In this document: positions 49,074 to 60,545 of the stretch, in pieces
Position numbering within the stretch: the stretch's first letter is position 1
Layout of the letters: each line of letters begins with the position of its first letter
Assembly (NCBI GenBank): GCA_012523135.1
Contig: JAAYJD010000142.1
Coordinates: 27,294 to 91,293, forward strand
Source: Clostridiaceae bacterium
Lineage (GTDB): Bacteria > Bacillota > Clostridia > Saccharofermentanales > UBA5734
Direction: 5' to 3'
Length of the DNA: 64,000 nucleotides
Position numbers and translations under genes: made by a program
Notes under the pieces: generated by a model
The model's input: the letters and a program-made list of their open reading frames with translations, nothing else
The model's database searches: none
Told to the model about the DNA's origin: nothing

Positions 49074-49520
49074 ATGAAGGTGATCCTGCTTGAAGACGTC
49101 AAGGGCTTGGGCAAGGTGGACGACATTGTCGAGGTCCACGACGGCTATGCCCGCAATTTTCTCTTTCACAAAAAACTGGCGCTCGAAGCGACGCCGGCCA
49201 ACCTGAACGTGGTCAAGACCCGCAAGACCGCGGAAAAAGCCCGCCAGGCGCGCGAACTGGCCCAGGCGCGCGAGATCAAGGCCAGTATCGACGGACAGGT
49301 CATCACGCTGCCGATCAAATGCGGTGAAGGCGGCCGGCTCTACGGCTCGCTGACGACGATGGACATCGCCGCTGCCCTGGACAAAGCCGGGCACAAGGTG
49401 GACAAACGGGGCATCACCATCCACAGCCAGGTTAAGACGCTGGGCGACTACGATGTGGACGCCCGCCTGCACGCGGATGTGATCGCCCGGTTCAAGATCC
49501 GCGTGGTCGCGGAAGCATGA
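49074..49520 (+). CDS. rplI: 50S ribosomal protein L9
   Basis: [29 protein letters not shown]. Confidence 0.95.
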   Translation: MKVILLEDVKGLGKVDDIVEVHDGYARNFLFHKKLALEATPANLNVVKTRKTAEKARQARELAQAREIKASIDGQVITLPIKCGEGGRLYGSLTTMDIAAALDKAGHKVDKRGITIHSQVKTLGDYDVDARLHADVIARFKIRVVAEA

Positions 49521-49532
49521 GCGAGGTTGTTC

Positions 49533-50921
49533 ATGGCGCCAGATGATCTGAAAAAGCCGACCGGTGCCCTGGTGCCGCCGAGTAACCAGCAGGCCGAGCA
49601 GTCCGTCCTGGGCTGCGCCCTGTCCGGCGAACGGCCGCTGGCTGAGATCACGGCCATGCTCAAGACCGAGGACTTGTACCGGCCGCAGCACCGCATGATC
49701 TACGATGCCATCTGCACGCTTTACATGGACAGCAAGCCGGTCGACATTGTCACGGTTACCGATCTGCTGGAAAACCGCGGCCAGCTGGAGCAGGCCGGCG
49801 GCATGTCCTACATCAGCTCGCTGCCGGATGCAGCACCGCTGGTTTCCAATGCCGCCCACTACGCGGACCTGGTGCGCCAGAAAGCGATCCTGCGCCGCCT
49901 GATCAGTACCATGCAGGAGATCTCTGGCCTGTGCTACAACGACCCGGACGATGCGGACATGCTGCTGGATGTGGCAGCCAAGCGGATCTACGAGATCCGC
50001 GAGAACCGCGATATCAGCGGCTTCGAAAGCATCAAGGACATTATGGGCCGAACGGTCAACGAACTGGCGGCGATCGCCCGCGGCCAGCCGCGCCAGAAGA
50101 CGGTCCTGACCGGTTACAGCCAGCTGGACCGCATCCTGGGCGGCCTGCGCCCGGGGGGCCTGGTCATCGTCGCGGCACGCCCGGCAATGGGCAAGTCTGC
50201 ATTTGCCCTCAATATCGCCCAGAAAGCGGCGACGCTGTACCATGTGCCGGCTGCCATTTTCAGTCTCGAAATGTCCAAGGAGGAGATCAGCAACCGGCTG
50301 CTCTCCAGCCAGTCGCTGGTCAACGCCAGGTCGCTGAGCACCGGCGAACTGCAGCCGGAGGACTGGGAAAAAATTGCCAGGGCCCTGCCGCCGCTTTACG
50401 CTTCCCCGATCTACATCGACGACCGGTCCGGCACAAGCGTCATGGAGATGATGTCCAAGTGCCGTCAGCTCAAGCTCGAGAACAAGCTGGGCCTGATCAT
50501 TGTCGACTATCTGCAGCTGATGAACGCCAGCCAGTCGCGCACGGAGAGCCGCCAGCAGGAGATATCTGAGATTTCAAGAACGCTCAAAATCATGGCCCGC
50601 GAGCTGTCGGTACCGGTCATTGCCTTGTCCCAGCTGAGCCGTGCCTGCGAGATGCGCTCCGAGAAAAAACCGCTGTTGTCTGACCTGCGCGATTCAGGTG
50701 CCATCGAACAGGATGCCGACGTGGTCATCTTCCTGTATCGCGAGAAATACTACGCCACCGATCAAGCCGTCACGGAAACGGAAGACGCCGAGATCATCAT
50801 CGCCAAGAACCGCCAGGGGGCGACCGGCAGCCTGCAGCTGGGCTGGTGGCCGAAATACACGCTGTTCTTCGAGAAGGACGACGGGCGGATCCCCAGAGAA
50901 CCGCCTCCCTATTCGGCATGA
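49533..50921 (+). CDS. dnaB: replicative DNA helicase
   Basis: It has PPSNQQAEQSVLG, Walker A ARPAMGKS, and the SLEMS and LSQLSR blocks. Confidence 0.95.
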   Translation: MAPDDLKKPTGALVPPSNQQAEQSVLGCALSGERPLAEITAMLKTEDLYRPQHRMIYDAICTLYMDSKPVDIVTVTDLLENRGQLEQAGGMSYISSLPDAAPLVSNAAHYADLVRQKAILRRLISTMQEISGLCYNDPDDADMLLDVAAKRIYEIRENRDISGFESIKDIMGRTVNELAAIARGQPRQKTVLTGYSQLDRILGGLRPGGLVIVAARPAMGKSAFALNIAQKAATLYHVPAAIFSLEMSKEEISNRLLSSQSLVNARSLSTGELQPEDWEKIARALPPLYASPIYIDDRSGTSVMEMMSKCRQLKLENKLGLIIVDYLQLMNASQSRTESRQQEISEISRTLKIMARELSVPVIALSQLSRACEMRSEKKPLLSDLRDSGAIEQDADVVIFLYREKYYATDQAVTETEDAEIIIAKNRQGATGSLQLGWWPKYTLFFEKDDGRIPREPPPYSA

Positions 50922-52405
50922 CTTGCCGGAAGACACCCGATTCTGACAGCGCGGATCCTTTGCGGGAGCAGGTCTGCCAGTTTATTCTGGAGCATCGCCT
51001 GATCGAACCTGGCAGCCACATCGTGGCGGCCGTATCCGGCGGCGCCGATTCGCTGGCCCTGCTCCATCTGCTGCATGGACTGCGTCAGGACCTCTCGTTT
51101 TCGCTCAGCTGCCTGCACATCCACCATGGCCTGCGCGGGCCTGAAGCTGACCGCGACTGTTCTTTCGTCGAGGCGTGCTGCCAACGCCTGGCCATCCCGT
51201 TCCAATCCCGTGCCGTCGCCGTCAGCCAGCTGGCTGCCGAAAAACACCAGGGCCTGGAGATGGCCGCCCGGGAAGCCCGCAGGGCCATCTTCCGCGAACT
51301 GGCTGACGCGAACGCAGCGGCCGGGCGGCCGATCCGGATCGCCCTGGCACACCACCTGGACGACCAGGCAGAGACGGTCCTGCTCCACCTGGGCCGGGGC
51401 GCCGGTCTGGATGGCCTGGTCGGCATGCGGCCTTTGGACGGCTTCATGATCCGGCCTTTGCTTGCCTGCCGCAGGCGCGAACTGGAACGCTATCTCGAGT
51501 CGCGCGCACTTGCCTGGTGCCACGACCAAAGCAACGACGAGGACTTCACCATCCGCAACCGCCTGCGCCACCAGGTGCTGCCGACCTGGCAGGCGGCCCT
51601 GGGTTACGACCCGGTTGTGCTGCTCGGGCGCGCGGCGGCCAACCTGGCCGGCGATCAGGATTTCCTGGAACTGGCCAGTGAAAAGCAGCTGGCTGCCTGC
51701 CTGCGCCTGGACGCGCTGGATGCCGCCGGACTGCGTGCGCTGCACCCGGCTCTGCAAGCCCGCGTCATGCGGCGGTACTGGCGCCTGGCAACCGGTCACG
51801 GCCAGGACCTGGGCCGGAAGCATGTGCTGGCCTGGCAAAACTGGCTTGACCGGGCCCGTTCCGGGCAACAGCTCGATCTGCCGCACGGCCATGTCTTGAG
51901 CCTGGAAGACGGCTTGTTCCGGATCCGGAACAGGCCTGACCCCGCAGCCGCACCCGAGGCGATGCCCTGCCCGGTTCCGCTGGTTGTTCCTTCCAGCATG
52001 GTGCTCGCCCCCTGCCAGGTCCGCGTGACGGCCGCATTCGTTGAGAATGACCAGGAGATCGTTTATAATGGCGCAGTGGAATGCTTCTGGTTTGACCGCA
52101 TCCGCACCTGCGTCTGGCGCACACGGATGCCTGGCGACCGGATCCATCCGGTCCGCCGCCAGGTCGGCAAGCCGCTGAAGAAATACCTGCAGGAACGGCA
52201 CGTTCCCGCTGCGGAGCGGGACCATTGCCTGGTGCTGGCGGATGGCGCGGAGATAGCCTGGGTTCCGGGTCATGACGGCGGCGAACCGTATGTTGTCCGG
52301 CCTGGGGATCAAGGCGAAGGCCGGAAGGTCATGCTGCGACTGGAGAAAACGGGTGAAAAACGTAACGGATGCACTGGCCGGAAGCCGGCCGTTCAGGTAA
52401 AATAA
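50918..52405 (+). CDS. tilS: tRNA(Ile)-lysidine synthetase
   Basis: It has the PP-loop AVSGGADS. Its ATG overlaps the dnaB TGA, and a C-terminal TilS domain is present. Confidence 0.9.
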   Translation: MTCRKTPDSDSADPLREQVCQFILEHRLIEPGSHIVAAVSGGADSLALLHLLHGLRQDLSFSLSCLHIHHGLRGPEADRDCSFVEACCQRLAIPFQSRAVAVSQLAAEKHQGLEMAAREARRAIFRELADANAAAGRPIRIALAHHLDDQAETVLLHLGRGAGLDGLVGMRPLDGFMIRPLLACRRRELERYLESRALAWCHDQSNDEDFTIRNRLRHQVLPTWQAALGYDPVVLLGRAAANLAGDQDFLELASEKQLAACLRLDALDAAGLRALHPALQARVMRRYWRLATGHGQDLGRKHVLAWQNWLDRARSGQQLDLPHGHVLSLEDGLFRIRNRPDPAAAPEAMPCPVPLVVPSSMVLAPCQVRVTAAFVENDQEIVYNGAVECFWFDRIRTCVWRTRMPGDRIHPVRRQVGKPLKKYLQERHVPAAERDHCLVLADGAEIAWVPGHDGGEPYVVRPGDQGEGRKVMLRLEKTGEKRNGCTGRKPAVQVK

Positions 52406-52437
52406 AGCTTCAGGCAAAAACGGGAGGCAGCAGAACA

Positions 52438-52983
52438 ATGGCCAAGTATGTCAAGGAAATCCTGATTCGACGCGACGAGATCGCCGCGATGTGTCGGCGT
52501 CTGGGTGAAAAGATATCCGCCGACTACGCCGACAGGGAAGTCATCCTGATCGGCGTCCTGAAAGGCGCGTATGTCTTCATGGCCGATCTGGCCCGCTGCC
52601 TGACCATACCCTGCCGGGTCGACTTCATGTCCGTTTCCAGTTATGGCAGCGGGACACGCTCCTCGGGTGTTGTCCGCATCACCAAGGACCTGGACATGGA
52701 CATAACCGGCAAGCACATCATCATCGTCGAGGATATTGTCGACACCGGACTGACACTCAATCATTTGCGGCAGCTGCTGGGAACTCGCAAGCCGGCCAGT
52801 ATTGCCGTCTGCACGGCTTTCGACAAACCGGAGCGGCGCAAAGTCAATGTGACGGTTGATTATGTCGGCATGCAGATCCCGGATGAATTCATCGTCGGCT
52901 ACGGGCTGGATTTTGACGGCAAGTACCGCAATCTGCCGGATATTTCGATTCTGAGTGACGACAGTCAAGGAGGAGCTCAATGA
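52438..52983 (+). CDS. hpt: hypoxanthine phosphoribosyltransferase
   Basis: It has the PRPP motif IIIVEDIVDTGLT and is the expected size (181 aa). Confidence 0.95.
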   Translation: MAKYVKEILIRRDEIAAMCRRLGEKISADYADREVILIGVLKGAYVFMADLARCLTIPCRVDFMSVSSYGSGTRSSGVVRITKDLDMDITGKHIIIVEDIVDTGLTLNHLRQLLGTRKPASIAVCTAFDKPERRKVNVTVDYVGMQIPDEFIVGYGLDFDGKYRNLPDISILSDDSQGGAQ

Positions 52984-54884
52984 AACCAAAACGGGCCATG
53001 AACGGGATGTCCTTTTACATCGTCCTGCTGGCGATCATCATTTTCGTCTCGTTCTTCATGTCACGCATGACCCAGCCTGACCAGGTCGCGCTATCGGAAT
53101 TGACCAATGAGATCAACAGCGGCCGGGTCAGCAAAGTCAATGTCGTCGGAACGCGTGTCGACATCTATTACGACAAAACCGATTCGACTCCGGCGCGCAC
53201 AGTCAGCAAATCGATTTCGCCGCTCTGGCTGGATGACTACCTTGAGATCCTGATCGACGCTCAGTCGACCGGCAAGATCAAAAGCTACGACTACATCGAA
53301 CCGACCGACATCACGGGCTGGCTGAACATCATCCTGATCCTGGTGATGGTCGTCGGCATGGGCGCGTTCATCTGGTTCACGTATTCCCGCCAGGCCGGCG
53401 ACGGGCGCAACGCCATGAGCTTCGGCCGCAGCCGGGCCAAACTCAACGACCCCGCCAAGAATAAGGTGACCTTCCAGGATGTCGCGGGGGCTGATGAAGA
53501 GAAGGACGAGCTGCGCGAGGTCGTCGATTTCCTCAAGAACCCCAAAAAATATGCCGATCTCGGCGCCAAGATCCCGCGCGGCATCCTGCTGGTCGGTTCG
53601 CCCGGTACTGGCAAGACGCTGCTGGCCAAGGCGGTGGCCGGCGAAGCCGGCGTGCCCTTTTTCTCGATCAGCGGTTCTGATTTCGTCGAGATGTTCGTCG
53701 GCGTCGGTGCCTCGCGCGTCCGCGATTTGTTCGAGAACGCCAAGAAGAATGCGCCCTGTATCGTCTTCATCGATGAAATCGACGCGGTCGGGCGCCATCG
53801 CGGTGCCGGCATGGGCGGCGGTCATGACGAACGCGAGCAGACACTCAACCAACTGCTGGTCGAGATGGACGGGTTCGGCCCCAATGAGGGGGTTATCGTG
53901 ATGGCCGCGACCAATCGTCCGGACATCCTCGATCCGGCCCTGCTCCGTCCCGGACGGTTTGACCGCCGGATCACGGTGATGCGGCCGGACATCAAGGGCC
54001 GCGAGGAAGTCCTGAAGGTACATGCCCGCAACAAGCCGCTCGACCCGACGGTCGATCTCAGGGAGATCGCCAAGATCACCCCTGGTTTCACGGGCGCCGA
54101 CCTGGCCAACCTGCTCAACGAAGCCGCCTTGCTGGCGGCCCGGCGGGGTGCGAAGTCGATCGTCTATTCCGACATTTCGGAAGCGGTTTTCAAAATCATG
54201 ATCGGCCCGGAGAAGAAGAGCCGCATCATCAGCGAGAAAGAGCGGAAACTGACCGCTTACCACGAGTCTGGCCATGCCATTGTCCTGCGCAGCGTGTCCG
54301 AGACCGATAAAGTCGAGCGCGTCTCGATCATTCCCGCCGGTGCCGCCGGCGGTTACACGGCGCACAAGCCGCACGAAGACACCTATTACGCCACCCGCAA
54401 CCAGCTGATGGCCCAGATCATGATCTCACTGGGCGGCCGGGCGGCCGAAGAGCTCATCTTCGGCGAGGTCAGCACCGGCGCCTCCAATGACTTGCAGGCC
54501 TGCAATGGCATTGCCCGCGACATGATCACCAAGTACGGCATGAGCGAAAAGCTGGGCAACCTCGTGTTTGGCAGCGATGCGGAGGTCTTTCTGGGCAAGG
54601 ACTATGGCCATGTCCAGAATTACAGCGAGAAGCTGGCCGGCGTGATCGACGAGGAAGTCAAGCTGATCATCGACCAGGCCTACGAAGATGTCAAGCGTAT
54701 CCTGACCGAGAAGATGGATCTGCTCCAGGCGATGGCCCAAACGCTGCTTGAAAAAGAGAAAATCGAAGGCAGTGAGTTCGAGTCAATCTACCAGCAGTAC
54801 AACAAGACCGCGGATGAGGACAAACCGGAGGTGGTACCGCCGGCGCTGCCGCCGGCGGATGATCCGCAGCCGGCCAATCCCTGA
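52980..54884 (+). CDS. ftsH: ATP-dependent zinc metalloprotease FtsH
   Basis: It has two TM helices, Walker A GSPGTGKT, an SRH region, and the zinc motif HESGHA. Confidence 0.95.
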   Translation: MKPKRAMNGMSFYIVLLAIIIFVSFFMSRMTQPDQVALSELTNEINSGRVSKVNVVGTRVDIYYDKTDSTPARTVSKSISPLWLDDYLEILIDAQSTGKIKSYDYIEPTDITGWLNIILILVMVVGMGAFIWFTYSRQAGDGRNAMSFGRSRAKLNDPAKNKVTFQDVAGADEEKDELREVVDFLKNPKKYADLGAKIPRGILLVGSPGTGKTLLAKAVAGEAGVPFFSISGSDFVEMFVGVGASRVRDLFENAKKNAPCIVFIDEIDAVGRHRGAGMGGGHDEREQTLNQLLVEMDGFGPNEGVIVMAATNRPDILDPALLRPGRFDRRITVMRPDIKGREEVLKVHARNKPLDPTVDLREIAKITPGFTGADLANLLNEAALLAARRGAKSIVYSDISEAVFKIMIGPEKKSRIISEKERKLTAYHESGHAIVLRSVSETDKVERVSIIPAGAAGGYTAHKPHEDTYYATRNQLMAQIMISLGGRAAEELIFGEVSTGASNDLQACNGIARDMITKYGMSEKLGNLVFGSDAEVFLGKDYGHVQNYSEKLAGVIDEEVKLIIDQAYEDVKRILTEKMDLLQAMAQTLLEKEKIEGSEFESIYQQYNKTADEDKPEVVPPALPPADDPQPANP

Positions 54885-54896
54885 GCTAGCCGCAAC

Positions 54897-54938
54897 AAAA
54901 AACCACCCGCCCAGTCAAGCTGGAGCGGGTGGTTTTTT
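54897..54938. terminator. bidirectional terminator between ftsH and murC
   Basis: AAAAAACCACCCGC pairs with GCGGGTGGTTTTTT, with the stem at 54903-54910 and 54925-54932. Confidence 0.85.
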
Positions 54939-54945
54939 GTTCAGG

Positions 54946-56391
54946 TCAGTCGTCCAGGTGGCTGGTCCGGCCGGTCAGTTCATCGGCAAAATCGCGAATG
55001 TTTTCCGGACCCATGACCAAAATGACATCTTCAGCGCCGGCGCGGTCGTCCAGCCATTGCCTGATCTGGTCGAAATTTTCGCCGAACCAGGCCTGCCCGC
55101 CCAGGGCGTTGATCCGCTCCACCAGCATGCGCGAGCTGACTTCCCCTGTGTTTTTTTCGCGGTCGCTGTAGATCTCGGAAAAGATGATCTGTTCGCTTCC
55201 CTTGAGCGCATCGACATAGTCGTCAAACAAGACCTTGACGCGGCTGAAGGTCAGCGGCTGAAACACGACCCACAAGTGGCGATGGTCGAGCAGCCTCGCT
55301 GCGGCCAGCGTCACCCGGGCTGCGGCCGGGTGGTGCGCATAATCGGCGATCACGCGCGCGCCGCGGTAGCGGCCCACCTCGGTAAAGCGTCCTTCCGCTC
55401 CCTGGTAGCGATTGAGAACCGTTTCGGCCGCGGCAAAATCCGCTCCGTTCTGGTGCGCGCAGGCGACCGCCGCCAGCGCGTTGGCCACATTGTGCCGGCC
55501 CGGAACCTGCAGCCGGATATGGCAGCGGCAACGCCCATCGTGCCAGATTTCAAAACGGGGCAGACCGCCTTCGTAGGACAGGCCGCGGCACTGGTAGGTT
55601 GGGACCGGCCGGTCTGAATCGGGCGGGCTGTCATCGAAGCCGAAGGTGGCCAGGCGCGGCATCGGGCGGTCCGAGCGCCTGAGCCGGTCCAGCATGGCGG
55701 CAACATTCGGGTCGAAATCGGGGATGACTAGCAAGCCTTCGGCAGGCAGCGCAGCGGAGAAGGTACTGAAGGCCTCGATGACCGCATCCAGGCTGGAAAA
55801 GCAATCGACATGGTCATAATCAATGTTCAGGACGGCAGCCGTCGTCGAATAGAACTGCAGGAAGCTGTTCATGTATTCGCAGGCTTCAGAAACCATCAGG
55901 TCGCGGTTTTTGCCGTTGCGCACCGTCCCGTGGAACTGGCGCAGCTCCGCACCCAGGTGAACGGTCGGGTCCAGGCCGGCTTCGATCAGGATCAGCGCGC
56001 AGATCGCCGTGGTGGTGGTCTTGCCGTGGGTACCGGCTATATTGACCACCCGGTTGTACGAGCGGTTGAGCCAGCCGAGAAAGCGTGCCCGGTCGATGAC
56101 CGTGATGCCGCGCTCGCGGGATCGCTGCAATTCCGGATTATCGTCATGGACCGCCGCGGTATGCACGACCAGGTCCGGCTCGAACTGATCGATCCAGGCC
56201 GCATCATGGCCTTGCCTGACCGTGATGCCGCGAGCGGCGATAAACTGGGTGCGATGATTCAAGTTGCGGTCGGAACCGGCCACAACATAACCGTCGGCCT
56301 GGGCGATTTCCGCCAGACCGCTCATGCTGATACCGCCGATGCCGACAAAAAAGATACGGGAACCTGCCCGCAGCATTTGCCATTCCGTCAT
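54946..56391 (-). CDS. murC: UDP-N-acetylmuramate--L-alanine ligase
   Basis: It has GIGGISMSG and GTHGKTTTT, plus Mur ligase C-terminal blocks. Confidence 0.95.
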   Translation of the reverse strand: MTEWQMLRAGSRIFFVGIGGISMSGLAEIAQADGYVVAGSDRNLNHRTQFIAARGITVRQGHDAAWIDQFEPDLVVHTAAVHDDNPELQRSRERGITVIDRARFLGWLNRSYNRVVNIAGTHGKTTTTAICALILIEAGLDPTVHLGAELRQFHGTVRNGKNRDLMVSEACEYMNSFLQFYSTTAAVLNIDYDHVDCFSSLDAVIEAFSTFSAALPAEGLLVIPDFDPNVAAMLDRLRRSDRPMPRLATFGFDDSPPDSDRPVPTYQCRGLSYEGGLPRFEIWHDGRCRCHIRLQVPGRHNVANALAAVACAHQNGADFAAAETVLNRYQGAEGRFTEVGRYRGARVIADYAHHPAAARVTLAAARLLDHRHLWVVFQPLTFSRVKVLFDDYVDALKGSEQIIFSEIYSDREKNTGEVSSRMLVERINALGGQAWFGENFDQIRQWLDDRAGAEDVILVMGPENIRDFADELTGRTSHLDD

Positions 56392-56534
56392 GAAGGGAAC
56401 ACCATCCTTTCCGATTTATTGTATCACAGATTACGGAAAAGTCAGATCACGATCGTGTATCATTTTGCAGTAAACGGGGGGTTTAAATTTGTCGTATTTA
56501 TCCGGCAGACGCTGCTGAAACCATTTGTTATTCG

Positions 56535-56543
56535 TGATATAAT
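56535..56543 (+). promoter_or_regulatory. extended -10 (TGaTATAAT) upstream of spoVG
   Basis: TGATATAAT lies about 80 nt before the spoVG ATG in an AT-rich intergenic region. Confidence 0.4.
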
Positions 56544-56622
56544 TAATTGTATAAGTTACACGCATATAACGCTTGCAAGCCGAACCTAACCTGACATAAA
56601 GTAGAAGACTGGAGGCGTCATC

Positions 56623-56925
56623 ATGGAAATAACCAGCATCACCATCCGGAAAATGGGCAGCGAAGGAAAAATGAAAGCTATTGTGTCCGTAACATTTGAC
56701 CATTCATTTGTCGTTCACGACATCAAGGTCATCGAAGGTAACAACGGCTACTTCATCGCCATGCCCAGCCGCAAGACTCAGGATGGCGAATTTAAGGACA
56801 TCGTGCACCCGATTAATTCCGAGTTCCGCGAAAAACTGTCCGGACAGGTTCTTGGCAAATACTTCGAAGCGCTTGAGGTTGCAGAAGCTCAGCTGGAGCA
56901 CGCCGCGGAACCTGATAACGCCTGA
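56623..56925 (+). CDS. spoVG: septation protein SpoVG
   Basis: [10 protein letters not shown]...[31 protein letters not shown]. Confidence 0.95.
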   Translation: MEITSITIRKMGSEGKMKAIVSVTFDHSFVVHDIKVIEGNNGYFIAMPSRKTQDGEFKDIVHPINSEFREKLSGQVLGKYFEALEVAEAQLEHAAEPDNA

Positions 56926-57049
56926 TTTTTCATTACTGCACCGTCTTTGACTGACAAGCCCGGCGCACGCCTCCCAGGCAGCCGGGCTATGTTATAATGA
57001 GGCGCGAAGAAGGTTTCGCAGACGCTCGCACAAGAAAGGACTGATCTTC

Positions 57050-58573
57050 GTGCCGTCATATTTGCTCGCTCTCGATGAAGGAACCACCAGCTGCAGGGCC
57101 ATCCTGTTTGCCGACGACGGCCGGATCGTCAGCAGCACGCAGCAGCCGTTCCGCCAGTCCTATCCGCGTCCGGGCTGGGTCGAGCATGACCCGGAAGAGA
57201 TCCTCAAGACGCAGATCGCCGTCGTGCAGGACACGATCGCCAAGTCGGCGGTTGATCCGGCCCGCATAGCTGGTATCGGGCTGACCAACCAGCGCGAGAC
57301 GCTCGTCGTCTGGGATAAAGCCAGCGGCCGGCCGGTCTACCCCGCGATTGTCTGGCAGTGCCGCCGGAGCGCGGCGATTTGCAGCCGGCTCAAAGAAGCC
57401 GGCCTGGAGCCTGAGATCCGATCCCGGACAGGCCTGGTCATTGACGCCTATTTCACGGCAACCAAATTGATCTGGCTCCTGGAGTCCCTGCCCGGCTTGC
57501 GTGCGCGGGCAGAGAAAGGCGAGGTGCTGGCCGGCACGATTGACAGCTGGCTGATCTGGCACCTGTCGGGTCACCGCCGCCATGTCACGGACCGGAGCAA
57601 TGCGTCACGCACCATGCTGATGAACCTGGTCAGCGGCGACTGGGATGACCTCTTGCTCAAGGAACTGGCGATCCCGCGGGCCATGCTGCCGCAAATTGTC
57701 CCCTCCTCGGGCATCATCGCGCCGCTGGATCCCATGATCCTGCCCGGTAACCTGCCGATCTGCGGTGTAGCCGGCGATCAGCAGGCCGCCTTGTTCGGCC
57801 AGGCCTGTTTTGAACCGGGTATGGCCAAAAACACCTATGGGACCGGTTGCTTTCTGCTGATGTACACCGGGAAACAGCCGGTGCGCTCTGGCCACGGTCT
57901 GCTCACGACCGTGGCCTGGGATTTGGGCAGCGGGCCGGAATACGCCCTCGAAGGCAGCGTGTTCAATGCCGGTTCCGCCATCCAGTGGCTGCGTGACAGC
58001 CTGGGGATGATCCGCAGTGCCCCCGAGTGCGACCAGCTGGCTGAGTCGGTCCCGGACAGCGGCGGCGTCACGTTCGTGCCGGCCTTTACCGGCTTGGGCG
58101 CGCCCCACTGGGATATGCAGGCCCGCGGCATGCTGGCCGGACTGACCCGGGGCAGCGGCCGTGAACAGATCGCCAGAGCCGTGCTCGAGTCCATCGCGCA
58201 CCAGAGCCTGGATGTGCTGGATTGCATGCAGGCCGATGCGCACCGCCCGATTCCGGTTCTGCGCGTCGATGGCGGAGCCAGCGTCAGCGACCTGATGATG
58301 CAGTTCCAGGCCGATATCAGCGATATCGCCGTCGATCGCCCGCAGCTGACCGAAACCACGGCTTTTGGTGCCGCTTGCCTGGCGGGACTGTCTGCCGGTG
58401 TCTGGCCGGATCTGGCATCTGTCGCGGCCATCCGCAAAGCGGACCGGATTTTTGAGCCGGCCATGAGCCAGGTCGAGCGCCAGACGCGGCGCGAGTCCTG
58501 GAAGCATGCCGTCGCCACCGCCCGTGCTTACGCCCGTCCCGGCTGCCTGGCGGACCAGGCCCCGCAGCCTTGA
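57050..58573 (+). CDS. glpK: glycerol kinase
   Basis: It has LALDEGTTSCRAI, GLTNQRET and WQCRR. The start is GTG. Confidence 0.95.
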   Translation: MPSYLLALDEGTTSCRAILFADDGRIVSSTQQPFRQSYPRPGWVEHDPEEILKTQIAVVQDTIAKSAVDPARIAGIGLTNQRETLVVWDKASGRPVYPAIVWQCRRSAAICSRLKEAGLEPEIRSRTGLVIDAYFTATKLIWLLESLPGLRARAEKGEVLAGTIDSWLIWHLSGHRRHVTDRSNASRTMLMNLVSGDWDDLLLKELAIPRAMLPQIVPSSGIIAPLDPMILPGNLPICGVAGDQQAALFGQACFEPGMAKNTYGTGCFLLMYTGKQPVRSGHGLLTTVAWDLGSGPEYALEGSVFNAGSAIQWLRDSLGMIRSAPECDQLAESVPDSGGVTFVPAFTGLGAPHWDMQARGMLAGLTRGSGREQIARAVLESIAHQSLDVLDCMQADAHRPIPVLRVDGGASVSDLMMQFQADISDIAVDRPQLTETTAFGAACLAGLSAGVWPDLASVAAIRKADRIFEPAMSQVERQTRRESWKHAVATARAYARPGCLADQAPQP

Positions 58574-60021
58574 TCCAGCAGCGCGGACGCCGGATCTGGG
58601 CGGCCATTGTTTTCTGCTGCCTGCTGGCCGCAGCGGCTGCCCTGGCTGCTTCGCCGGTGCTGGCGGGCTTCAGGCGCACACCGGTTTATTCCGCTGCCGC
58701 AGATGCCGCCCCGACCGGGCAGGCCGTGCTGGTGGTCGGTTCCGTTCCTTCCGCCCCAAGCTATGCGCTGCTGCGTGCGTCACTGGCATCTGCCGGTTTG
58801 CCCAGCGGCTTTCTGCCGGCCGGATCCCAAATGTCACTCGAAGAAGCCGTCGCGCAAACCGCCGACCTGACCGGCTGCGCGCGGCAGGACCTCTGGCTGG
58901 TCGGTTTTAACGATCAGGCAGAAGGCCTGCTCAAAGCGGCCCGGTCGCTCGGTATCCGCGGCCTGGCCCTGATCGATCCGTCGCCATGGCCGACGGTTGC
59001 CGCTCCGGATCCCTTGACATACGATCTGGTCCTGCTTGCCGGCCCTTCGGCCGAACGCGCGCCGCAACGCTTCTTTGAGACCATTACGGGTGAAGACGCG
59101 ACCGTTTTCGACGGTGTTGCGTCGCCCCTGAGCGGCGGCATCGGCTTCCAGAGCAGCGACGGGCGTGTCAGCCTGGTGCAGTTATCCGGCCTGAGTGCCG
59201 TTATGGAACGATTTTCACCGCCCTTGCTGGCCGAACTGGCCGCCCAGATTCGCGACAGGCAGCCTGTTCAGGGCGCATCTGCCCTGATGCCCGCCGCAGC
59301 CGCGGCCCAAACGGCTTTGGCCGGGCTGGCGCGGCTGGCAGCAGCCTGCCTGCTGCTCCTCTTAGCGCCGCTGGCTGTCGCGTTGGCTGAGCCAGACCCG
59401 CAGCCGGAACAAAAGCCGGCCGTATCCTGGAGCGGGGAGCTGAGCATGAGCGTGGCGGCCCTGCTCCTGGCCGCGTCCGGAGCCTGGCTTGCCGAGCGGC
59501 TGGGAACCGGTCAACCGCTGTGGCCGGCTGTTTTTCTCCTGCTGTATCCCGGCTGGCAGGCCTGGCTCCACATCTTGTGGCGGACGTTTGTCGTCCGGCC
59601 CGAAATGCGCCGGGGAACAGCCGGCCAGGAACGTCCCCGCTGGCCGGAAATGCTGCCGGCCGTGGCCGGGCTCCTCCTGCCGGTCTTGCTCGGCCTGGTG
59701 CTGGCCTGCCTGCCCGGGCTGGCCATGCCGGGCTGGCGGCTGCCGGCCTTTGGCGTCCTGATCCTTTTCAACCTGCCGCTCGGACCCGGCGGCAGGCGTT
59801 CACATCCGGTCCGGACCGCCGTGGATCTGGCTTTGCCGCTTGTCGCGGCCATAGCGGGCGGCTGGCCCTGGCTGGCAGCCGGATACCTTTTCCTGGCCGT
59901 TTTGTTTTGGGGACGGCGATCCTGCCGCGCCCTGCAGGTGCGACAGGATCATCCCGGCCTGGCAGCCATCATACAGGCTGCCAGCGTCACCCTACTGGGC
60001 TGGGCGATCCTCCTGCCCTGA
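58570..60021 (+). CDS. hypothetical membrane protein (N-terminal extracytoplasmic domain plus about 8 TM)
   Basis: 483-aa ORF whose TTG start overlaps the glpK TGA. It is Ala/Leu-rich and I do not recognise a family. Confidence 0.5.
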   Translation: MIQQRGRRIWAAIVFCCLLAAAAALAASPVLAGFRRTPVYSAAADAAPTGQAVLVVGSVPSAPSYALLRASLASAGLPSGFLPAGSQMSLEEAVAQTADLTGCARQDLWLVGFNDQAEGLLKAARSLGIRGLALIDPSPWPTVAAPDPLTYDLVLLAGPSAERAPQRFFETITGEDATVFDGVASPLSGGIGFQSSDGRVSLVQLSGLSAVMERFSPPLLAELAAQIRDRQPVQGASALMPAAAAAQTALAGLARLAAACLLLLLAPLAVALAEPDPQPEQKPAVSWSGELSMSVAALLLAASGAWLAERLGTGQPLWPAVFLLLYPGWQAWLHILWRTFVVRPEMRRGTAGQERPRWPEMLPAVAGLLLPVLLGLVLACLPGLAMPGWRLPAFGVLILFNLPLGPGGRRSHPVRTAVDLALPLVAAIAGGWPWLAAGYLFLAVLFWGRRSCRALQVRQDHPGLAAIIQAASVTLLGWAILLP

Positions 60022-60064
60022 TCCGGCCATGATTGGCCTTGGCCGTGACGGTTGAAAAATCCAT

Positions 60065-60093
60065 TTGACAAGCCACCCGGGCGATGATAAGAT
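60065..60093 (+). promoter_or_regulatory. rplU operon promoter (followed by about 90-nt structured leader, possible L21 leader)
   Basis: TTGACA at 60065-60070, a 17-nt spacer, then TAAGAT at 60088-60093. Hairpins CCCGG..CCGGG and GTTGCGC..GCGCAC lie downstream. Confidence 0.5.
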
Positions 60094-60183
60094 AACCCGG
60101 TGACCGCATCAGCCGGGCTTAAAATGTTGCGCTTTGCGCACTGCCTGGCATGGGCGAGACTGATTACAGGAGGAAAACACATT

Positions 60184-60495
60184 ATGTACGCTGTTATCGT
60201 GACAGGCGGCAAGCAGTACCGGGTTTCAGTCGGCGACGAGCTGTTTATCGAAAAAATCACCGGTGAATCTGGAGATGCCGTCCAGTTCGATCAGGTTCTG
60301 GCCTATTCGGACGATGAAACCCTGAAAGTGGGCGAACCGTGCCTGGAAGGCGCTGTTGTCGACGGGGAAATCGTCAAGCAGGGCAAACAGAAGAAGATCA
60401 TCGTTTTCAAGTACAAGGCCAAGAAGGGCTACCGCAACAAGAACGGCCACAGGCAGCCATACACCCGCGTCCGCATCACCAAGATCAATGCCTGA
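60184..60495 (+). CDS. rplU: 50S ribosomal protein L21
   Basis: [16 protein letters not shown]....EK. Confidence 0.95.
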   Translation: MYAVIVTGGKQYRVSVGDELFIEKITGESGDAVQFDQVLAYSDDETLKVGEPCLEGAVVDGEIVKQGKQKKIIVFKYKAKKGYRNKNGHRQPYTRVRITKINA

Positions 60496-60545
60496 CAGGT
60501 CAGGCAACAGGCGGCGCCGCCCGATGTCGCCGCACGCACATTGAG